Of a stretch of 64,000 nt of DNA, positions 47,383-60,249 are shown one piece after another (the stretch's first letter is position 1; the number at the start of each line of letters is the position of its first letter). The notes under the pieces were generated by a model that did not search any database, had not been told where the DNA came from, and saw nothing but the letters and a program-made list of their open reading frames with translations. Source of the DNA: Glycera tridactyla (Eukaryota). Made by a program: the position numbers and the translations under genes. The DNA lies in the NCBI GenBank assembly GCA_965644265.1, contig OZ286460.1, positions 124,496,001-124,560,000 of the forward strand. Reading direction: 5' to 3'.

Positions 47383-49567
47383 TCAGTAAGACATGAGTGC
47401 CGGTTTTCTAGGGTTTGGAGAGCTCAAACAATGGGTGATCAATCCACTGATGGAGCATCCAACTTATTGTGCTATTTCATTTGCTTTCGGTGGGGCAATT
47501 CTGATCAAAACAGGCTTACTTTATGTGTTAGGTGTCTCATGTCCGAATTTCATAGTACTGAGGGTATTCACCATTGCTGCAGTATGACCTGTGGATATTT
47601 GTATGAAATATGAAATAATTTCCATCTTGAATATTTCGCTCTCTTTTAGCAAAAGTATTCCTCCGTTGAGGCATCCACGTCTTTCGCAGACTACCCCTCT
47701 CTCACATCATTTTAGATGTCAATCATCCAGCGTCTTCTCACAAGACTTCTGGTACCTTAGCTTTATGATTCTCATTTAGAGCGTGCAGCGTACGCAAGCC
47801 CCGCCTTTCTGGCTTGGAGGATCAGGGGCACCACGCTGCTCCCCTATGGAATTTGCCATCTTCTTACCGGCAGATTCCGTCATAATCGTTGGTGATGTCT
47901 TACATCACACTATGTTTATGCTACATTTTGTCCACATAAAATCTCACTCTTATGTGATGCAACATAATTGGATCAAAATTCTTTTCACTGTTCATTTCTA
48001 TCTTTCCTCTTTTGTGTTTTTTGTTTGTTTGAACTGACTTGCGCTGCCTTGTCAGTGGTCATCTTTTGGACGTCAACACAGACTCTTCCGGTCTTTGCTG
48101 AAAACTTTTCTTCCCCTGAGTGAGTCTCGTTCGTCACTCTTGTCTGAGATCTCCATCCGTCTACCTCACAATTTCTCTACACGCTTATTTCATCATGTCT
48201 GCCCTCGCAAGTGCCTACGACATGGTCACTGGCATGTTGTCTTGCCTTGAGGACTGGTCGTAGTTGGTTGCGACTTTTACGTTCTGGAGAGGTCCCTACG
48301 CCTGACCGAGGGGACCAAATTTGATCGTCCTGGTGCCAGAGACATTCTTCCAGGGCTACGGACCTTTTTGGAAAGGGCTCCTCTTGCCTGCATCCAGCAC
48401 CGGCAGGACCTGCAGGGGGCCCTCCTGCTACTGAACTTCAACACTGAAGTCACTACGCAGATGGCCCAGTTGGCCCCAACTCGGCACCGGCTTGGGAGGG
48501 GCCTGCGGACTTCCAATTGGGACCCACACCACGGGTCCCGACTCCCATGCCGACCGGTTCTCGCTCCAGACCGAGGACCAGTGACCTGTCACCTCCGTGG
48601 ATGGGGCAGGTCTCACCTGCCACTCAGCGGCTGGTGTACCTGGTGTCCACCGATCCTCTGTATCCAGTAAGTGTAACCCTCTTTTCTTTTTGCCATGTGA
48701 CTCTTTTTGTGACTCTTTTTGTACTGTAGGCCTTTGCGCCTGATTCGATTGTTCTCAATACCTGAACACGAGATTGGCTTTAGGTGAACAAAAATATATG
48801 GCTGTGGATACTGTAGGGGCCATTATTATACATATGGCCATTTCACATCATTTTCACTTTCATTCTCAGTGAGATATGTGGTCCTGATAAATTTCTCTGA
48901 TTTCATCCATTCTTCCTTGAGAATCATCCATTCTATCTGTATAATTACCCATCATAATTGTTTAAAGAGAGATCGGAGTTCATTCCTCAGATCCTCATCA
49001 ATACAGTAAGTGTGGTTAGTGTGTTTGCTAAAATGTTTTTGTAATGCCTTGTTATTGTTTGTGGTGGTTACCCTGTCTCTTTGCTGAACAGTCCTGACCG
49101 TTTGAACACAATTCAGACTGCTCACAAAAACCTTAGATCTTTTCATATAATCTTGTACAAAGCGCGGAGGCATTTCTCTTTCCCTCAACCAACAGGGGTT
49201 GCTGTGTATCCACTCACATAGAAATGAATTTCAATGGGCCATTTTTTGATAGGCTGATATTTTGCGTAAGCATGTCCAATCAAATTTTGAGGTTGTCGAT
49301 TTGTTTGGTTAACACGCTTCTTTGTCTAATCTGATCGCAGCGATCCGTCTGTCTATTTCTGGGCATGTGTCTATGAGCCCTCTGTGGTTTAGGTGGTTCA
49401 ATAGTGGGTAGATCAGATAGATCAGAACTTTCTGAGTCGGCATCTGATGTGGTACTAGAATGCACTCTTTTCCTCTATGCAACTATTTTCCGTTTAGCTG
49501 AGGTGGTCTTACTTACAGGTTGTACCGTTTTTTGTGTAGACGCTTTGTGGCTTTGTTTTGCTCTGTT

Positions 49568-51163
49568 TCAAGCTGATCTCCTACCAGATTTCTTAACTGA
49601 AAAGATGCGTTTTCGTGATTTCATAAGATTCAGAGGTACTTGTCTAGTTGCTTTGTCTAGGGGTGTTTCTATCACTTTTACATGTGGTTCAGTCCTACAA
49701 ACTGGCTGCTGGGTTGTCTGATCTATCTTGTCTGGGTTAATGGGTGGTGTGTTGTGGATACTGCGTTCCACGCGCTCCTGAAATTCTATCTCTTGTGCAC
49801 AAAGCACTGATTCCGAAGTGGGCGTGTATCTCTTTAGTCGCTTGTCCGGAATCAATCTGTCTAAAGTGGTGTTCTGGAACCATAATAATTCTAATCCTGG
49901 TCGAGGTGTTGCTAAAATGGTAAATGGCCCTACATATTTTGCTGAAATTTTGTACTGGTGTGAAACATCTGGTCTGACATTTTTCACCCAAACTAGATCT
50001 CCTGGGGAAAACTCCTTGAATTTTACCCTTGGATTTTTCTTGAATCTCCTTTTCATATTTTCGGCACTTTCCTTGGCCTTTTTCATGGCTAACATGTGAA
50101 TGATGGACAAGTCAGGCCATACCTTCTCTATGACATCTTCAGGTGCAACTTCGTCAAGTAAAGGGGGTTCTGTTGACAGATCACCTGACATGTTTGGTTC
50201 TAGACCGTACATAAGTTCAAAGGGTGAATAACCGTGATTCTGAACTGAAATGTCATGTGACCACCTGATGTGTGGTAAAAATTCAGGCCACTCCTTGTCA
50301 GAAAATTCCTGCATGCATGTTTGCAATGCACTCAGTATATTGGAATTTATCCTTTCCACAGCGGCATTTGAAGCAGGGTGCCAACTAGTGATGAACTGTA
50401 ATTTCATGTTGAAAGTGTTTGCTAGTTCTCTGAACAAATCTGAAGTATGAGCTCCAGCGCTGTCCAAAATGACTTGCTTTGGAGGTCCAAACCGTTCTAT
50501 CCAGATTTTGACAAATGTTTTTGCAATTGTCTCAGCGGTCTCATTAGGTATTGGTTCTGCTTCAAAATGCTTCGAGAACCTGTCTATAATGACCAGTGGC
50601 TTGAGGTCTCCCTTTGTAGTGGGTGCGACCTTAAGTACATCCATATGGACCATTTCAAATGTGGATGTGGGTGGTCTAATTTGTAATGGGGCTTTGATGT
50701 GTGAGTAATCTCTCTTCGCAGCTCCACATGTGTCACAAGACAACACATATTTCAACAGTTCCTCATACATGCCTGGCCAGTAAAACCGTTGGCGAAAGAT
50801 ATACAACAGGCTGTTGAAACCTCTATGAGAGCCATTCACACCATGGTGAAAAAGTGCTGCTATCTTGAATCTGTATTCAACCGGCACAACTAGCTGATGA
50901 TATAACCGGTCACCAGGGTGAGGGTGGAATTTCTTGAAAAACACTCCCTTGTCATTTTGATGAAATTTGTCGTGTTCGGCCATGATTCGCTTTGCTGCAA
51001 TCATTTCGCTTGGCAACACTCTGTATTTCTTGAATCTGTACATGTCTCCAGAGTCCCTATCAGAAGACTGTTCCGTCGTTAAAATTTCAGGATTTGAAAT
51101 GATATCGTCAAGCACATCTAAGCATTCATCTTGCTCTACTTGCTCATCTGCTTGATGTCTCAT
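49568..51163 (-). pseudogene. Integrase of outer Gypsy element (open 531-aa segment)
   Basis: HHGVNGSH...CDTC, HMDVL, LDSAG, VERIN and YVGPF. Confidence 0.92.
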
Positions 51164-51175
51164 ATCCTCTGCGTA

Positions 51176-51860
51176 TACACCATGTTAAACCACGCAAAAG
51201 TCATAACACGAATATACACGAGGTGTCGCTTCTCGCGGGAGCGGCCGCGTGCAACGGTACTTCCGCTCTCTCGTGATGATNNNNNNNNNNNNNNNNNNNN
51301 NNNNNNNNNNNNNNNNNNNNNNNNNNNNNNNNNNNNNNNNNNNNNNNNNNNNNNNNNNNNNNNNNNNNNNNNNNNNNNNNNNNNNNNNNNNNNNNNNNNN
51401 NNNNNNNNNNNATGTCAAGCTAGAACTCGGAGATTGACAATGGATTAGTGAGCAGATGTCAGCTAGAACACGGTGTCAAAGGAATACCGCCACTCTGTCT
51501 CTGTTTGATGTTGTCACGCCTATTCTCGGCTTGCTTGCTCACCATTTATGACAACTATGACGACGATATTGTATCCAGCCCCCCCCCCCTCCCCCACCGC
51601 CTACTGGTGGCTGATTGACAATGGATTAGTGAGCAGATGTCAGCTATAACACGGTGTCAAAGGAATACCACCACTCTGTCTCTGTTTGATGTTGTTCACG
51701 CCTATTCTCGGCTTGCTTGCTCACCATTTATGACATATCACCTCTCTCACCCACACTCAAATAGAGAGGGAGAGGGAGAAGGAGAGGGAGAGGGAGAGGG
51801 AGAGGGAGAGGGAGGGGCACGGGCACGGGCACGGGCACGGGCACGGGCACGGGCACGGGC

Positions 51861-51935
<75 letters not shown>

Positions 51936-52057
51936 AATGCATTGAGGAGGCCTAGACCGGAAGTAGGTTTGCACGCGCACTGCGACTCAATAATGCTCTG
52001 CATGAGCCGCCAGATGGCGCCCTTTTGCCTCCGCGAATTCGGCAACTGCGTGGTGTA
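51176..52057. mobile_element. Small insertion with short TIRs in outer pol; contains an N gap, a ~120-bp duplication and a hexamer microsatellite
   Basis: Ends TACACCA...TGGTGTA. Removal restores the pol frame (EMVQY-AEDMRHQ). Confidence 0.7.
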
Positions 52058-54039
52058 TTGGACCATTTCTGACAAAATTTTGTCTACTCTGTCATTAGTT
52101 GCATCTTGTGATATTCTTACATGGAGATCATTGGTCTTGTCATGCGAGTCAGTATTATGTAGGACCTGGCCATTGCCATAGTCCTTCAACAGGTCTATGT
52201 CAGAGTCCTCATCCTCTGAAAATTGCAGTTGGATAGGGTTTTTGCCATGCTCTAATGTTTTTGGTCTGAAATTGGTGCATGTGTGTGTATGTGTCTGGTG
52301 CTTTGGTTTTTCAGTGTGCTCCTGAGCATAGTGTTTGGTTCTCGTTTGTCTATTTGTTTGTTACTGTCGAAAATGTCAAAACCTCTGCCTGCTGCTTCGG
52401 CCTCAGATTCTTTTTCGTGCTGTTTTTGTTGCCTCGTGATTGATGCAACAAGAGGTGTCTCTTCGTCCAAAAATTCTGGTGCATTAATTAGACAGTGGTC
52501 ATCTGTCTCTTCATCTAGATCAGTGGTTAACTGACCATCAAATGTGATCCGGGACATGGTGTCTGCCACCACATTCAGTCGTCCCACACAATGTTGGACT
52601 TTAATGTCAAATTTGTTCAAAAACATCTTGTATCTGGAGAGCCGACCGCTTTTGCTGGACAGGCTGTCTAAGTAAACATTGGTCAGATTGTCAGAAAAGA
52701 CATTGATTTCCATCTTAGTCCCAATAAGATTTTCACATTGCTTTAGCATTTCAACCAATGCAAGGGCTTCTTTTTCGTTTGAATGATGATTTTGTTGCGC
52801 TGGGTTTAGAGTTTTGGACATGAATGCAACAGGTCTCAGGAATTTCTTTTCATCAGCTTGAGATATAGCACCTCCAACAGGGCGCCCACTAGCATCTGGA
52901 TGTATGGTGAATGGTTTGTGCGCATCCGGAGCATAGAGTACTGCATTTTCCAGCAGGGTAGCTTTGAGTTTATCCAGCGACTCTTGATGCACCGTAGTCC
53001 ATTCAAACTCAGCATCTTTTCGTAAAAGAGAATTGAGTGGTGCCGCTAAGGCAGAGTAGTTTTTGACAAATCGTCGATAATAGGTCAATGTTCCTAGTAT
53101 CTGTCTTGTTCCTCTCTCGTTTTCAGGAGTGGGTAGTTTCACTAGAGCTTGCATTTTCTCAGGGTCTGCTTTAACACCATACCTATCAAATATGTACCCT
53201 AGGTACTTCACATTTGCTTTCATGAAATCCGTTTTGGACGGTCAGATTCTCAATCCCACTTGTCTCAATCTCCAGAAGAGCTCATTGAGTACTTCCAGAT
53301 CTTTTTCGTATGATGGTGTCATTACCAAAATGTCATCAAGATAATTTGTGATGTACCTTTTGTCCATTACCGCTAGGCATCATGAAACGATACTAGAGAA
53401 AACCTCAGGACTAGAAATTAGTCCCATGGGAGTCCTAGTAAAACTCCACTTTGCATTTCGGGTGTTAATTGTGCATAAGTCAATGCTGTCAGGAGCTAAC
53501 TGTACCGCATAGAAAGCTGATGCCAAATCCACAACAGTGTAGACCTGGTTCCTTCCTGCAGCGAGTGTGTCAATTATGCTATTGACTGTGGGAATGGGTG
53601 CTTTTGAGGGCACTATCATAGTATTCAATTTTCGGAAATTTGCCACTAGGCGGGGTTTGATTTGATTACCTTCATTGTCATTTCGGTAAACAATGAAGGC
53701 TGGGATGCCCCACATAGAATGAGAGGGTTTCAGAATCCCTGCTTCTGCAAGTTTTTGAATTTGTCGCTCTAACTCTTTCTTGTTGGCAGGAGGCATTTTA
53801 TAGGCTCGCAAGTTGATCACCTGCGCATCTGCTCTTAGTTCGATTCGGTGGTAAACATCTTTAGTTACCGCGAGTTCTGTAAGGTCCGCAGCAAAAGCTT
53901 CTCTGTGAAGTTTCAGAATTCTAAGTAACTCTTCTCTGTAGGGTTCAGCCTCAACTTCAAGTTTCACTATTTCCTCCCAATTGATTGGTTTGAATTTTTG
54001 GATGATGGTCTGATTCCAGATATCACATCTGTAGTGCAA
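52058..54039 (-). pseudogene. RT and RNase H of outer Gypsy element
   Basis: RLVANFRKLN, VVDLASAFY, YLDD (near 53340), LGTLTYYRRF, DASG, EKEAL and SDN; frameshifted. Confidence 0.9.
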
Positions 54040-54631
54040 TTGTTCTGGACTGGTGATCCAAATTCACCACTTCATAAGGGGTAGTATACTCTTGTTTAGG
54101 CCACCAGACTTGTAGTGAAGCTGCTGTTGCAGTTTTGTCTGCTTCGAAAAGGGGGGGGGGGGTCATTGCCTAGAATTACCGAGTCTGGGAGGGTCCTCTC
54201 TGGCTTATTTTTAGGCACTTCAGGTACCACTCCATATGCTGGAGAATAGTCTGCCGGAATTTCAATGCAGGTGGAAAGAGGGTTAATGACAATTACTCTG
54301 TCTTTTCCCTCGTTTTGCCTGAAGGCTTTAGAGCAAACCACTATGAGTGATTCGTCCAAATAAACTGCATGGTCAGGGGTGATATTTAGAGTGTTTAAAG
54401 GGTGGTCTGTTGGGAAGTAATCGAGATCATATTCTGAACAGTCCGTATCTGAAGGCTGACACATAATGTCGGCTTTTGACATCAGAGGCACTTGAGTGAC
54501 CCCAATCGACCTCATGATAAACATGCCATCCGTTACAGGTTGGCATAGCACTGTTTGACAGCCGTTGCCCAATGTTAAAGCACCTATGCTGTAGTCTAAT
54601 TTGACCCTGTTTGTAGCCATGAACGGCACTC

Positions 54632-55234
54632 CTAGAATAATTGTTGCACAATGAAGAATTTGGACGCTATTCCTGTTTCTGCAATTGTGATGTGTATTAT
54701 GATGGACCCTAGTACTTCCATGTTTTTCTGTTGAGCATCTCTAATTATAGTGTCTGTAACTGGTTCCAAATAAGCCTCTGAATTATTGTCCTGGATAACA
54801 GTGTACATCATGACATTCATGCTGGCTCCCGTGTCAATCATTGCTTTATACATACAGTCATTAATTCCAACTTCAATCCAATTCAAGTGCCCGAGCTTTT
54901 CTCGGATGGAGTTAGCACCTGTAGAGGCGATCAAGATTGTGGGATTCAAATCTTCACGCCTTACAGTGTTTACTTCGTTTAAATCACATTCATCAATCTT
55001 TGCAAATTCCTCAACATTTGCAAAGAACTTATTTGTGTAACCTACATGCTTACATTGGCTAAAATGATGTGTTCCATCTAATATGCTACAATCACACACA
55101 TAACTACCATTCGCTAGGGATTTTTGTTCTTTTTGTATTTTGTTTTTGTTCTGGAGTATGCTGCCTGTTTCATTGATAGTACAGGTTGTCTGCATAGTTT
55201 GTGGCAGGGTTGTAATCATTTTGAAAGTTAGCAT
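54632..55234 (-). pseudogene. Aspartic protease of outer Gypsy element
   Basis: AMIDTGASMNVM. Confidence 0.85.
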
Positions 55235-56745
55235 TGGTCATAGCTGTGGTGAAGTTTGGGTGTTGCTGGTGTTGGTTTTGAGTTTGCTCTTTAACTTTAG
55301 CCATAGCTACATCGTATTTGGATGCTTCTATTTGTGGACCAAGTTCCTTCATTTAGGCTTGTGCAACCTTCTAGCATTGTTGGGCTGTGTGACCTGTCTT
55401 GTTACAAGCTTGACAGATGGGTGGAGTTCCAGAATTATTTCTGTTGCTAGAGTTGTTCCTGTTATACTGATTGTTATTTTGTGTGTTTCTAGGAATCGTT
55501 GTTCCTGTTATACTGATTGTTATTTTGTGTGTTTCTAGGAAAATGACCTTGAACCGATTCTCTAGGAGGAAGAGGGAGAGGCCCTCTTGGCATCCCCCCG
55601 CTAGGTGGGTATTTACAGCTATTAGCCATATGGCCATAATTATTGCAGTTATAGCATTTAGTATTACTGAGGTCAATTTGCCTCCTGGGCTTCTGTTGCT
55701 CCTTGCTGTAATGATTAGCCTGTGATCCGCTGGTTTTAGCCATGGAATCCTTTAGTTCGTTTATAGCTGACAGCACTGAAATGTCTTTGTCATTCTCTAT
55801 ATTGGATTTGCTTTGATTGTCCATCTTTGTTTCAAGCCTGGCCATTGTTGAGTCTATATTTCTCAAAACATCGGACATGGCTGATTTTTTGGGAGCATAC
55901 ATAACTGCAGCTGCTTCTTCCTTAGGTTTTTGGGTGTTATCTAAATTTTCTGCAGTGTCAGTGGCTTCCACCATTTTTTTCACTGTGACTGGGTTGGTCA
56001 TGAGGACATAATTTTTCGAAACTGGATTCAGTCCGAACAACACAATTGATTCAAATTCGTCAAATTGGGCTTTGTTGAACGCCTCTCCTTGTTTTAATCT
56101 GAACAGTAAACGACACATTTTTACTATTTTCATGACAAATTGTTTTGTTGTCATGTTGCCTTGTTTCTAGGCATACAATTTTGCTCTGTAAGCTGGTCTG
56201 TTCGCACTACTTACACAAAATTCCTTGAAGAATTCTGCCTCTATGTCTTGAAATCTGGTGTTATCATTCACATGTATTGTACTGTACCATTCTCTGGCAT
56301 CCCCTCCAAGATTAAATGAAAAATAGGCTACCTTTTCCCTGTCGGATAATTCATGTAAACGACAGTACTCATTATACATATCCATCCATTCAATTGGATT
56401 TTGTTTTGTGGTGTAATGCTGTACTTTGACAAGATTCCTGTCACGCACTACGTATCTGGGCAGCTCAGGTGGTGCATAACTTGGTGCAGATTTTGATAAA
56501 TGTCCTGACATCATGACCACTGGTTCTGATATTCCATCAGGTGACACCACTGGAAAATGATCTTCGTCTGGAGACATTAAATATGGGGTATATGGAGACT
56601 TGGGATATGTCTGCGATGATTCCATTTTGGATGCAGAGTCATCAGATCTGCCATAAGTGAGTGGTGCAACCGGACGAATTTTATAACGTTCAGTTGCTCT
56701 TTCTGGATAAGGAGTGTCCCGGGGGGGGGGGGGGGGGGGGGGCAC
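55170..56745 (-). pseudogene. gag: Gag of outer Gypsy element
   Basis: PIEWMDMY...LGGDAREWY capsid-like segment; CYNCNNYGHMANSC and CQACNKTGHTAQQC knuckles; ~49-bp tandem duplication near 55450-55540; in-frame stop and frameshifts. Confidence 0.82.
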
Positions 56746-57169
56746 TGTCTATATGTCCTATAGTATCACCTGCGAACACCAAACTGAAAACCATACCCTA
56801 AAACTGACCTCTAGTATGAAAAATCCCACCCTAAACGCTGACCTAGGGTCGAATATCAGGCCCTTTCCACTAACAATTGGATATTGCTAATACAGAAGAG
56901 GAATTGTTCTGAAGTGACCCCTAAGCATAGATATACATGTATGTGCCTAAATACAAGTCTGAGGTCAGAGTCAACCACAGTCCAAAAATAATGGTGAAAT
57001 TGAGCAATTCGACCCGAAAAGTCGGCGATAAGTCTCCAGTCGAATCTGATGGTAGAAGACTGGGACAGTTGGGAGAGGTCACGGACATTCAGGACATTTG
57101 GTGAAAATTTTGCCTGTCTACATGGAAAACAAGATGGGGGATGACAGGGGATATCGAGGACTGGTGGTC

Positions 57170-58130
57170 CTGCGCTGGTGCTGGTGCTAGTGGTGGTGGT
57201 GGTGGTGCTGATGGTGATGGTGGTGCTGGTGCTGGTGGTCGTGGTCATGTTGATGGTGATGGTTGTGGTGGTCGTGGTCGTGTTGATGGTGGTGGTTGTC
57301 ATCATGTTGATGGTGGTGGTGGTGGTGATGATGGTGGTGGTGGTGCTGGACATGGTCCACTCAACAACTCATCCAACTACACAACAACCAACCACGCATC
57401 CAACCAATCAACAAATCAACCGCCCATCCAACCAACTAACAAACCAACTGACCACCCACCCAACCAACCAACAAAGCAACCAACCACCCACCCATCCCAC
57501 AACCCATCAAACCAACCAACCGACCAATCAATCACCCAACCAAACAGCCAATCAACCCTGGATGGGTGGTTCTGTGGTTGGTTCTTTGGTTGCCTAGTTA
57601 GTTAGGTAGTTGGTCGGTTAGTTGGGAGGTTGGTTGGTTGGGTGAATAGTTAGTTGGGTGGATGGTTAGTTGGTTGGTTGGTGTGTTGTTTGAGTGGTCA
57701 GTAGGTTTGTTGGGTAGTCGGTTGGTTAGTTGGGTGGTTGCTTGGGTGGGTGGGTGGTTAGTTTGTTTGTTGGGTGGTTAGATAGGCGGTTGGTTGGTTG
57801 GGTGATTGGCTGGGTGGTTTGTTGAGTGGTTGGTTGGGGGATGAATAGTTGAGTAGGTTGGTGGGTGTTTAGTTGGTTGGTTGATTTGTTGGTTTGTTGG
57901 GTAGTTGGATGAGTTGTCAAGTGCAACCATGACTAGCACCGCCACCACCATCACCACAACCACCACCACCATCACCACCACCATCAACATCAACAACACT
58001 ACCACCACCATCATCACCATCACCAGTAACAACACCATCACGACCACCTACCCCCCCCCACCACCACCGCTATCACTATCACCACCATCACCATCTTTAT
58101 GCACACACACACACACCCACACACACACAC
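57170..58130. repeat. Fold-back low-complexity block: (GGT)n-(CAAC)n | (GTTG)n-(ACC)n followed by (AC)n
   Basis: The unique core CAACTCATCCAACTAC (near 57365) recurs as its reverse complement GTAGTTGGATGAGTTG (57901). Confidence 0.75.
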
Positions 58131-58638
58131 ATAAACATACTCACACAGACACACCTGGAAACACCCCACTCATCAGTAGAGGGTCAACAGGAAATGTGGT
58201 AATCAGTTAGTGGGAGGTCATCGATGCTCTTGCAGTTGCAGGTTGTGATACATCTGCTTTTGATGAGGGAAGTCTGTGGCAGGGAGAGCTACAGTCAATC
58301 TAGAAACATATTCCATAGGCTTCTGAAAAAGGACCCCTATTTGCGGATTCCAAGTAGCTAAAAAAGACCCTATTTCTATTTCTCAGAAATTACTACAAAT
58401 GCACCCCTAAACATGGACATGTGCGGGTCAGTGCCATCCTCATCAAAACCCACCCTTTCCCGTGTTTTTATGTATGCACTTGAAAACATAGTTTCTCTGA
58501 GTGGCCCCCTGGGGGAGTGTCAGGCCTTTGTCTGAATGGACATCGACATAGTGATTTTATTGAAACCCGCCTTCTGGCATATGATTGTTCTGGTAAGCGA
58601 GGAGTATGGAGAGGGTCAAATTCTGCCAAAATGACATT

Positions 58639-59592
58639 TCAGCTAAAAAGTGTGTCCTGAATGGTGATTTTTCCACATTCATTCGATTCAATTTCACACA
58701 TGTCAACTGACTTGCCTTTTGTGTTTGTATTCTTTGTCCACGAAGTCCCTCCGCTGGTGCGATCTTGTGCTTCATTGGGCAAGAGTGGGCTTCTTCTCCG
58801 AGTCAGTATGCGGCGGTACCACTTATCCTTGGATGCTTCTTCTGTTTGCAGATGGTCCTGTGGTGATGCCTGGTGAGGCACGGACGAACCTCCCCCAAGA
58901 GAAGATTCGACCACGTCCGAGTAGCGGCGCCTCAAGTCTGGAACCATCGTCGTCAAAAAAAATACCCGAGGATCCCTTTCTATCATCTCTACCTCTTCTT
59001 TTTCTTGATCCCCAAACCTGCCTTCTCCTTGGTCCGACTTGTCGTCGTCCTCTCGTCATCCCAGATCGCTCCATCGTCCCTCGTCGTTATCCGGTCCTTC
59101 GTCCTCGTCCTTTTCTTCGTCCTCATTGTCCTGTGCCATCTCACTCATCTTGTCATCCTCTAGCACCATTTCGTTCACCTCATCACCATCTCGTGCCATC
59201 TCTCCCATCTCATCCATGTCCATGTCCTCCTCGCCAGGTCCACTCTCCTCTTCGTCCATCTCGTCCCTCTCCTGCGAGTGCCTGTTCCTTTCAAATCTGT
59301 CATCTTCTTCGAACTCTTTGCTTGCACATTCGTACTCCTCCTCTTCTATCTCTTCTGGAATTGCTGCTATGTTCATCTTCTTCAGTCCTCTGTCTACTGA
59401 CACCAAGTTCCTTGTGTAGCTGAACATATCATCTGCTTCTATTGACTCATACTCTTCTTTCTTCTCTGCTCTTCTCAGTCTTCTTGCCTCTCGTGGCGTA
59501 CTCCTTTTCGGCGGCGATAGTTCCAATAAATCTTGCATCACCAATCTGCACTCGTTTGTTGCTGCTTGCTTTGTTTTCCTGAATAAATTCAT
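58639..59592 (-). pseudogene. Acidic accessory ORF upstream of gag, about 317 codons with one internal stop
   Basis: Track ORFs 59056-59592 and 58639-58986 are in the same frame, separated only by a TGA at 59056-59058. Strongly E/D-rich. No family recognised. Confidence 0.55.
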
Positions 59593-60249
59593 TTGAAATC
59601 CGTTGTTTATAACACTTGGAGTAGTCCACTATGTATCACAGAAGTTAGTCCAGCGAGTATCACTGAAGTTCACTGAAATAGTCCGCTGAAGTAGTTTATT
59701 GAAGTTCACTGGTTTATCCTGAAGTAGTCCACTGAATATCACTGAAGCACTGTTAATGAAGTAGTCCTAAGACAAATCCTCGTATGCTGGCCCTCCAAGA
59801 CTGTTGAAGTCTGTCTAGTCCACCAATATTCCTCTCACAACACAATGCACGTCGATTGACAAGAAAAACCAGCTTAACTGCTCAGACTCACAAAATGCAT
59901 ATCATTCAAAAAGAAGCTGTTACCCGCGCATTCTCCACCATATTTCATAATGGAGTTTTGTTGTTGTTAGTTTGTTTTGGTTGTTTGTTAGTGTAATTTT
60001 TATATAGTGGGGGTTTTCACTAGTAATTCACTGTCTGCTTTAATTTGGGGAGAGTCTATCCTGATAACTGACTGATGCAGTCCAATAGACTGGTTATATG
60101 GATCTCAGTTTGTACAGGAAAGCTCAATCCGAGTATTCCCAGAGTAAGAACTGCCAAAATCAGTAAAGTGACAAAATCCAATAATTATCAGCTTACAAAT
60201 CATAAAAGTGGGGTTTTATAAAATAGCCAATGCTCCTTGGTCCTTTATA

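Noticed and set aside
51637-51980. Dipeptide-repeat ORFs (EG/AR/AQ, VP, CA, LC)
   Set aside because: Artefacts of the hexamer microsatellite.
56856-58210. Thr-, Gly- and Val-rich ORFs
   Set aside because: They are translations of microsatellites that are open in several frames on both strands.
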